Assembly: GCA_002269645.1 (NCBI GenBank)
Contig: NIVC01001547.1
Span: 1-64,000, forward strand
DNA: 64,000 bases
Source of the DNA: Macrostomum lignano
Taxonomy: Eukaryota
Direction of reading: 5' to 3'
The translations under genes were made by a program, and so were the position numbers. A model generated the notes under the pieces. It searched no databases and was not told where the DNA came from. It saw only the letters and a list, made by a program, of their open reading frames with translations. Below, in pieces: positions 55,187-64,000 of this stretch; position 1 is the stretch's first letter, and each line of letters opens with the position of its first letter.

Positions 55187-55944
55187 GCTGACTAGCAAGA
55201 TTTCGGTTCGCTATGGTTCCTGGAGTTACCAGTATACGAGCTTGACACGCGCAGGGAGTTGCCAATGTTTTGGCAAATTTTATTCTGCAAGCACTGGTGG
55301 CAGGGGTAGGGTGGGGGTGGGCCAACTGGCTGTGGTTGGCTGGCTGCTTGTCTGGATGCTTTCCAGTGTACAGTCCTGAGAGTTGGGTATTGTGAGTGTG
55401 AGAGACTCTATAGGGGTTCAATTAAAACATGCTTGTGCCCGAAAGCACTCGAATAACCTTAGGTGACCCTGTTCTCAGACTGTGAACACAGCTCAAACTG
55501 TTTTGTTAGATTTTTAGCGTGCACAAGGCATCTGGAATTTTAATAGCGATGAAGCTGGGTGAAGTGGTCGTATAGAGACGAGATTTCGAGTGAGTCTGGT
55601 GGGTGAGACAGGCTACAGAAGCAAATTTGCATCCAGTTTTTTCAAGAAATGGACAGATCAACACAGTCCTGTCCTCAAGTTTCGTTTAGAAGATTTGATG
55701 CCATTTTTAGAAACTTCGAACTACTTATCTCTAAAATATGCAGGCAAGTGGCAGAGAGAGAGAGAGAGGTAATTTGCTTTTGGTTCGACAGCAGGGCATC
55801 TGTCTTCCATATTTGTGGATGAAACGATGCCCTGTCCATGGGGTCTGAAGGATGACGTCATGCGCTTTGTTTGGGACTGGAACTCATGCGCTGCTTTTAG
55901 TGCCAAAATTTTCAAATCTTCTTAAATTTTAAAAGACTCATGAA

Positions 55945-56710
55945 GTGGCGCCCCTCCCTCAAATAAAATGGCGCCCCTCTCTCAAAAGAAATGGCGCCCC
56001 TCTATCAAATAAAATGGCGCCCCTCATTCAAATGAAATGGCGCCCCTCTCTCAAAAGAAATGGCGCCCCTCTCTCAAATAAAATGGCGCCCCTCATTCAA
56101 ATGAAATGGCGCCCCTCACTCAAATAAAATGGCGCCCCTCTTTTAAATGAAATGGCGCTCCTCTCCCAAATGAAATGGCGCCCCTCTCCCGCATGAAATG
56201 GCGCCCCTCTCCCGCATGAAATGGCGCCCCTCTCCCATATGAACTGTCGCTTCTCACTCAAATGAATTGGCGCCCCTCTCCCAAATGAAATGGCGCCCCT
56301 CACTTAAATGAACTGGCGCCCCTCACTTAAATTAAAGGCGCCCCTCTCTCAAATGAAATGGCGCCCCTCTCCCAAATGAAATGGCGCCCCTCTCCCGCAT
56401 GAAATGGCGCCCCTCTCCCGCATGAAATGGCGCCCCTCTCCCATATGAACTGTCGCTTCTCACTCAAATGAATTGGCGCCCCTCTCCCAAATGAAATGGC
56501 GCCCCTCTCCCAAATGAAATGGCGCCCCTCCCGAAGGCGCCCCTCAAGGCGCCCCTCTCGCAAATGAAATGGCGCCCCTCACTCTGAGGCGGCCCCCTTA
56601 AATCTGGCGCAGCCCCTCACTCTCCGACCAAAGGCACCCCTCTCCCAAATGAAATGGCGCCCCTACCTCAAATGAAATGGCGCCCCTACCTCAAATGAAA
56701 TGGCGCCCCT
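55945..56710. repeat. 23-bp minisatellite (AAATGAAATGGCGCCCCTCTCCC)n
   Basis: About 30 units, GGCGCCCC core. Confidence 0.95.
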
Positions 56711-57344
56711 ATTCTGAAACTTGAGCAGACTTGCACTTGATATTAATAGGTACGTACACTCGAGAGACATTTTTGAGTTTAGCTTCAAGGGAAATCAGGA
56801 AATCAATCCAGGGTTGCAGATAATCACCTGAAAAGAACCGTCGCTTGTAAACAGTCTGAGTTGTAGATTTTTCTCATTTGAGTTTTCGCGTACTTTGAGT
56901 CAGTCGCAAATAAATAGCTTAGTGTGTTTTTATTTGAACAAGTGACATTATAGAGTAGAATTCCTTTGGCATTAAACATTGACATTCCTTAGCGTCTACC
57001 TACCCAACAATATTCTGCCTTTTTACGTACACAGCTGAGCTTACAGCTGAGGTAACGGCTAAAAAGTGATTGACACTGCAACAGCCACTGCGTGAAAAGT
57101 GCAAATCGGTGCTGGGCGCCGGCCAGATTGTCTGCAAACTGAACAGGCCGCCTTTATGTGACTGACTTGTTGACTGCCGCTGTGACTGGAGTGAGCGAGT
57201 CCAGCGCTTGTTTATGCGCACTGCTGTGGGCCTGAGAACGCGAAGGTTCTACTTCTTTGCTCACCTCATCCCCATACCTTTCTCGGGAGTGCGTATTCGC
57301 TAGCTCTCGCTATGTTCGTTCTCGGGTTCCCTACGATTCAAGCT

Positions 57345-59305
57345 CTTTACCAGTCTACCAGTCTACTTCTCTACATCTCTATGTGCACTCTATCGCTCTA
57401 CCTCCTACAGATCTAATTCTCTAAGTCTCTACCACTCTACCTTCTATAGACATACTTCTCTACCACTCTACCACTCTATCTCCTACAGATCTACTTCTCT
57501 ACTACTCTAACTTTCTACAGATCTACTTCTCTACCACTCTACCACTCTATCTCCTACAGATCTACTTCTCTACTACTCTAACTTTCTACAGATCTACTTC
57601 TCTACCACTCTACCACTCTATCTCCTACAGATCTACTTCTCTACCAATCTACCACTCTAACTTTCTACAGATCTACTTATCTACCACTCTACCACTCTAA
57701 CTTTCTACAGATCTACTTCTCTACCACTCTACCCCCTACAGATCGACTTCTCTACCACTCTACCCCCTACAGATCGACTTCTCTACCACTCTACCCCCTA
57801 CAGATCGACTTCTCTACCACTCTACCCCCTACAGATCTACTTCTCTACCACTCTACCACTCTAACTTTCTACAGATCTACTTCTCTACCACTCTACCACT
57901 CTAACTTTCTACAGATCTACTTATCTACCACTCTACCACTCTAACTTTCTACAGATCTACTTCTCTACCACTCTACCCCCTACAGATCGACTTCTCTACC
58001 ACTCTACCCCTACAGATCGACTTCTCTACCACTCTACCCCCTACAGATCTACTTCTCTACCACTCTACCACTCTAACTTTCTACAGATCTACTTATCTAC
58101 CACTCTACCACTCTAACTTTCTACAGATCTACTTCTCTACCACTCTACCCCCTACAGATCGACTTCTCTACCACTCTACCCCCTACAGATCGACTTCTCT
58201 ACCACTCTACCCCCTACAGATCTACTTCTCTACCACTCTACCACTCTAACTTTCTACAGATCTACTTCTCTACCACTCTACCACTCTAACTTTCTACAGA
58301 TCTACTTATCTACCACTCTACCACTCTAACTTTCTACAGATCTACTTCTCTACCACTCTACCCCCTACAGATCGACTTCTCTACCACTCTACTCGACTTC
58401 TCCCACACCCCCTCTCTACTTCTCTACCACTCTACCACTCTAACTTTCTACAGATCTACTTATCTACCACTCTACCACTCTAACTTTCTACAGATCTACT
58501 TATCTACCACTCTACCACTCTAACTTTCTACAGATCTACTTCTCTACCACTCTAACCCCTACAGATCGACTTCTCTACCACTCTACCCCCTACAGATCGA
58601 CTTCTCTACCACTCTACCCCCTACAGATCTACTTCTCTACCACTCTACCACTCTAACTTTCTACAGATCGACTTCTCTACCACTCTACCACTCTAACTTT
58701 CTACAGATCTACTTCTCTACCACTCTACCACTCTACCCCCTACAGATCTACTTCTCTACCACTCTACCCCCTACAGATCGACTTCTCTACCACTCTACCC
58801 CCTACAGATCTACTTCTCTACCACTCTACCACTCAAACTTTCTATAGATCTACTTCTCTACCACTCTACCACTCTAACTTTCTACAGATCTACTTCTCTA
58901 CTACTCTACCACTCTACCTCCTACAGATTTACTTCTCTACCACTCTACCACTCTACCTTCTGCAGATCTACTTCTCTGCTTCTCTACCACTCTACCTTCT
59001 ACAGATCTACTTCTCTACCTCTCTACCACTCTACCTTCTGCAGATCTACTTCTCTACTTCTCTACCACTCTACCTTCTGCAGATCTACTTCTCTACTTCT
59101 CTACCACTCTACCTTCTACAGATCTACTTCTCTACCTTTCTACCACTCTACCTTCTACAGATCTACTTCTCTACTTCTCTACCACTCTACCTTCTACAGA
59201 TCTACTTCTCTACCTTTCTACCACTCTACCACCTACAGATTAACTTTTCTACCTCTCTATACCTCCCACAGATCTACTTCTCTATCTCTACCGATCTACC
59301 TCTCC
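57345..59305. repeat. Modular pyrimidine-rich satellite built from CTCTACCA, CTCTAACTTT, CTACAGATCTACTT and CTCTACCCC blocks
   Basis: About 2 kb; 28-40 bp composite units with almost no G except in AGATC. Confidence 0.95.
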
Positions 59306-60420
59306 ACGCACTTTAAAATAATGCATTTTTAAGCTTCGTACAAAAGTTATTATTGCTTAACTGAACTTTTGCTCCCCAATGCTGAAACACGGAACGGAAC
59401 CATGCATGTACATAATTTAACTGACTGCTTGGTTTAAAACTTTTCCTTCTGCTTTTTTCCGACTCTGTTTTTGTCAATAAACAGCCCAGGAAGCAGGAGT
59501 TTAATAAAGTTCAAGACGACCTTTTGTTAGGATCAATACTTATCGCATTAAAGAAAAGAACTATTAAGGGCAAAGTTATAGTGGCGTGAAAGGCAAGCGG
59601 ATTGTACGCTCCAGACCTTAGTGTACTTTGGTGTACAGCCTCGTTCAGGGCCTCGCACATGCGCAACGCAGGACTGAGGGTCGAGAGTGGTGGGGGGGTA
59701 AGGCCTGGATTCGGCCTAAAGAACATGCAGGGGAAAACAGCGGGGAATCGGGGGATTGACTTTTCCTCCCGAACAGAATGCTTGCTTGCGGTTCGAGTAA
59801 AAAAGTACATTATTACTAGTAGCTAGATCGAACGGGAAATGGAGAACAAGTTCATTAATTTATTCATATTTAGATTGTAGTTCCACTCGGAAATTGGGAC
59901 GCAAGTTCGCAACCATAAGAGGTCGTTTCAGTGTGGCGAAATAGATCCGGAAGGATTCCTGGAAAGTGGAAATGTCATTTTCGGTCATATCAGAGCCCTG
60001 ATGACTGACTAAAATAAAAAAACATGGAGCAATTCCAGGAAAAAATATTGAAAGATAAAGTTTGAGAGGAAGTTTTTAGCTTTTCACTGACTGTAGCTTA
60101 CCTGGTGTAATATTTTTTCCTCATATATCTACAAAACAATCGATCTACCATGTCTCAATATGACGTGACATATGTACGTGACAAAATTGTAGGTCAATGA
60201 GAGTGGCTTAACGTACTCTTGAAACATGATGTTTTAAATAAATTGAAAACCATAAAAATCGTATACTATAAGTAGTCTATGATGCAAATAAACTACATAA
60301 TAACATCGAAGATCCGAAAAAAGCGATCTACACATAACTGCATCACTTTTCCTACCTTTTAATTTATGTAGAAATACTAAACTGTCCATACTACTTAGTT
60401 AGTAGATCAAAATATATTTC

Positions 60421-61075
60421 CAGACGCGTCGCCATGGATTTTATGGTGGTGGAAAACAAGCCAAGAATTCTAAATCTACATGTACATTATTTTCAGAATC
60501 GGTGTTGCCAGTGCTCATTTTAGCGCCGCAGGCACTCATTTTAGCGCCGCAGGCACTCATTTTAGCTCCGCAGGCACTCATTTTAGCGCCGCAGGCACTC
60601 ATTTTAGCGCCACAGGCACTCATTTTAGCGCCACAGGCACTCATTTTAGCGCCGCAGGCACTCACTTTAGCGCCACAGGCACTCATTTTAGCGCCGCAGG
60701 CACTCATTTTAGCGCCGCAGGCACTCATTTTAGCGCTGCAGGCACTCATTTTAGCGCCGCAGGCACTCATTTTGGCTCCGCAGGCACTCATTTTAGCGCC
60801 GCAGGCACTCATTTTAGCGCCACAGGCAGTCATTTTAGCGCCGCAGGCACTCATTTTAGCGCCGCAGGCACTCATTTTAGCGCCGCAGGCACTCATTTTG
60901 GCTCCGCAGACACTCATTTTGGCGCCGTGGGCGCTATATTTTGTCGCCCTGAAGCAACATTTTTTATTTCCATAACGGGTCACATGGACAAAGCAAATTG
61001 ACATGTCCCCCATTACTGTAGCTTTTATTGGGGGGGGGGGACACCTCCCCCTGTCCTCCCGGTGGCGACGCCCTG
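60421..61075 (+). mobile_element. Minisatellite-carrying MITE family, copy D (complete)
   Basis: TIRs CAGACGCGTCGCCA ... TGGCGACGCCCTG enclosing about 20 copies of ACTCATTTTAGCGCCGCAGGC. Confidence 0.85.
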
Positions 61076-61486
61076 TACTTTTATTTTACCTCAGACTCAC
61101 TTTTATTGCAGAAAAAGTAAAGAAGAGATCAAGAGAAGAGAGATAGGAGAGACCAGAGACGCAGCAGCCATATAGGAGTCAAAAGTTAAATTGATACTTT
61201 GACTCTAGATAATCCCTACAAAGGAAAAACGTACCGCTCCACACGCTAGATAGCGAGCATTTAACTTTGCCCTTGTAAGTTAACAACATTTCGATCGTGT
61301 GCATATAATAGAAGACTGTTAGCCTACGATATCCAGTTGATATCCTCTGGCTATTTTAATTCTTGCAGTACAGTAAATTTTTATGACAATTGAGCCTATC
61401 GTACGCTTTTGATTTTCATAGTCTATGGTCCAAACTCTGGTCTTTAGAGCAGCCAATTTGAAAAAAAACTTTTAAAAAAGCCCACT

Positions 61487-62258
61487 AAAAGACAGGGGCG
61501 CCCACCAAGAGACAGGGGCGCCCACCAAGACACAGAGGCGCCCACCAAAAGACAGGGGCGCCCACCAAGAGACAGGGGCGCCCACCAAGACACAGGGGCG
61601 CCCACCAAAAGACAGGGGCGCCCACCAAGAGACGGGGGCACCCACCAAGATACAGAGGCGCCCACCAAGAGACGGACGCCCACCAAGACACACACTAACA
61701 GACAGGGGTGCCCACCAAGAGACAGGGGCGCCCACCAAGAGACAGGGGCGCCCACCAAGAGACGGACGCCCACCAAGACACACACCAAGAGACAGGGGTT
61801 TCCACCAAGAGACAGGGGCGCCCACCAAGACACAGGGGGCGCCCACCAAGACACAGGGGGTGCCCACCAAGAGACAGGGGCGCCCACCAAGAGACAGGGG
61901 CGCCCACCAAGACACACACTAAGAGACAGGGGCGCCCACCAAGAGACAGGGGTTTCCACCAAGAGACAGGGGTTTCCACCAAGAGACAGGGGCGCCCACC
62001 AAGAGACAGGGGTTTCCACCAAGAGACAGGGGCGCCCACCAAGAGACAGGGGTTTCCACCAAGAGACAGGGGTTTCCACCAAGAGACAGGGGTTTCCACC
62101 AAGAGACAGGGGCGCCCACCAAGAGACAGGGGCGCCCACCAAGAGACAGGGGCGCCCACCAAGAGACAGGGGCGCCCACCAAGAGACAGGGGTTTCCCCC
62201 AAGAGACAGGGGCGCCCACCAAGAGACAGGGGCACCCACCAAGAGACAGGGGCGCCCA
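61487..62258. repeat. 20-bp minisatellite (GGGGCGCCCACCAAGAGACA / GGGGTTTCCACCAAGAGACA)n
   Basis: About 38 units. A MITE-like terminus GTACGTCACTG lies ~45 bp downstream (~62304-62314). Confidence 0.95.
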
Positions 62259-62564
62259 TCATATTGGTGCCCTTAAGGGTTGCGGTCTCCAACAAGTGTT
62301 CCAGTACGTCACTGCTATCACTGTTTTCATTGCAACACATGTACACAAGAATTTCAAAAGCATGTCAAGCATCCATGAAAATGTAAAGGAAATGATGACT
62401 TGCGCAGTGAAACGGAGCTCAATTGTACATAAAAAATTACAGCGAATGGATACAAAAGCACACATAGCAGCTCTTGTACAGCTCTGTATTTATTTACAAA
62501 GATTCCTACAAAGAAATGTTATGGAGATTGTAATAGAGAGAAAAATCAATGCTCAGAGGTTCAT

Positions 62565-63137
62565 CTAGTTCTCAGTCAGTGCCTGAGTCTCCGCACCATC
62601 AAGCAGCTCGAGTCCCGTCAGAGATCGTCCAACAGCATCGGCAGCCGCCGCCGAAGCTGCCGCAGCCGCTGTCAGCTCCTCCTTGCCAGCCGTTGGCATC
62701 AGACTGCGCAATCGATGCTGCAGAATGGTTTGCCGGAGTTCGAACCCGCGACCACCAGCAGCGCTGGCACCTCCGACGCCAAGATTGGAAGCTGCCCGAT
62801 CCTCCAGAGCGCGGCAGTGGCTGCAGAGCCGCCTGTCCAGCACCTCGCAGGCGGCCAGGGCCATGTGATCGCTTGGCCGGTTGGTCAGCGGTCTCAGGCA
62901 GGTGGCGCCGAGAGCTGGCGGGTCGCTGCGGCGTTGCAGCACCACGGGACCGTAGCTGCCGACTGGGACAGTCAGGGGGCTCTGCAGCTCTTCCTCAGGC
63001 TGTTCCTGGTGCGGCGCCGGCGCTGTGCTGGCTGAGTATCTTCCACTGAGCGACTCGATGGTCTGCTCGCGTTCAAGTCGGAGCGATTCTCCTCTGCGGT
63101 GCTCGGCGAAGCTCAGCAGGTTAGCAACCGTTGCCAT
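62565..63137 (-). CDS. Hypothetical 190-aa protein (orphan, single exon) with a CxxC motif
   Basis: ACCATGG Kozak-like start at 63137 preceded by a TAG acceptor-like site; GC-rich codons; TAG at 62565; AATAAA ~70 nt downstream on -. Contains ACEVLDRRLCSHC. Confidence 0.6.
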   Translation of the reverse strand: MATVANLLSFAEHRRGESLRLEREQTIESLSGRYSASTAPAPHQEQPEEELQSPLTVPVGSYGPVVLQRRSDPPALGATCLRPLTNRPSDHMALAACEVLDRRLCSHCRALEDRAASNLGVGGASAAGGRGFELRQTILQHRLRSLMPTAGKEELTAAAAASAAAADAVGRSLTGLELLDGAETQALTEN

Positions 63138-63559
63138 GGTAACTATATGGCTTTGTGAAGCTTTGTGTGCGAAGGACTTCTTTTTTTTAAAAAAAAGGTT
63201 TCTAGGACTCTTATAGCTTCGCTTGGATAGAGACAACTAGCTCATATATGAGATCAGAGTACAACTTTATAGCAACCTACAGTGTATTCTGGATGCGCTC
63301 TTCACAGGTGTACATAATTGATAAGCAACTATACAATAAGCTTGTGTAGAGTGCAAAAAGAGGTGCAGGGTGAGACCGTTGAGAGGAGAGAGCCAGAGAG
63401 ATAATGACAGTGGGTCTCTAGCAGGACTGACTGTCCGACTGCCCCTTCTTGTTCTTGTTGTTAGGCGAAGAAATTTTCATTTTTCTTTCTTGTAAAAGAG
63501 ACGTCTGATGCTGGATAGAAACATGGCTGTATGTCTATCAAAATGCATGAATTCTCCCC

Positions 63560-64000
63560 CCCCCCTAACCCCTATCGACCTCCCTCTCACCCCTTTCTGC
63601 CTCCTTCTCACCCCTATCCCCCTCCCTCTCACCCTATCCCCCTCCCTCTCGCCCCTATCCCCCTCCCTCTCACCCCTATCTCCCTCCTTCTTACCCCTAT
63701 CCCTCTCCCTCTCACCCCTATCCCTCTACATCTCACCCCTCTCCCTCTCCCTCTCACCCTTATCCCTCTCCCTCTCACCGCTATCCCTCTCCCTCTCACC
63801 CCTATCCCTCTCCATCTCACCCCTATCCCCCTCCCTCTCGCCCTATCCCCCTCCCTCTCACCCCTATCTCCCTCCTTCTTACCCCTATCCCTCTCCCTCT
63901 CACCCCTATCCCTCTCCATCTCACCCCTCTCCCTCTCCCTCTCACCCCTCTCCCTCTCCCTCTCACCCTTATCCCTCTCCCTCTCACCCCTATCCCTCTC
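63560..64000. repeat. Polypyrimidine minisatellite (CACCCCTATCCCTCTCCCTCT)n, continuing past the window end
   Basis: About 21-bp C/T-rich unit, directly visible. Confidence 0.95.

Noticed and set aside
61444-62568. 300-aa and 286-aa ORFs over the 20-bp array
   Set aside because: They are repeat translations overlapping the 3' flank of the 62565-63137 gene.

Overview
Repeat-rich eukaryotic (animal) genomic DNA with spliceosomal introns. The very long GACA/GATA/CTAA microsatellites and minisatellite-filled introns suggest a flatworm such as Macrostomum (inference only). Reconstructed genes: a RASL10-like GTPase (-; reading frame broken twice at homopolymers), a 4-exon secreted PAN-like + ALK/LTK-type glycine-rich protein with no kinase (-), an 18-exon GABA-B receptor subunit 2 (+, about 952 aa), a SEM1/DSS1-like micro-protein and ANKRD39 in a possible trans-spliced operon (-), a 2-exon aquaglyceroporin with an apparently non-aromatic ar/R filter (+), a 2-exon MATH-like/BTB/BACK-like protein (-), and two orphan ORFs (-). 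The rest is about 20 tandem arrays, two inverted tRNA-derived CORE-type SINEs, four copies of a MITE carrying a variable 21-bp minisatellite, Harbinger- and hAT-type MITEs, a foldback element and decayed LINEs. There is no CRISPR array, rRNA or genuine tRNA. Most long ORFs in the supplied track are translations of repeats. All coordinates and protein comparisons were done by eye and from memory, with no database searches.
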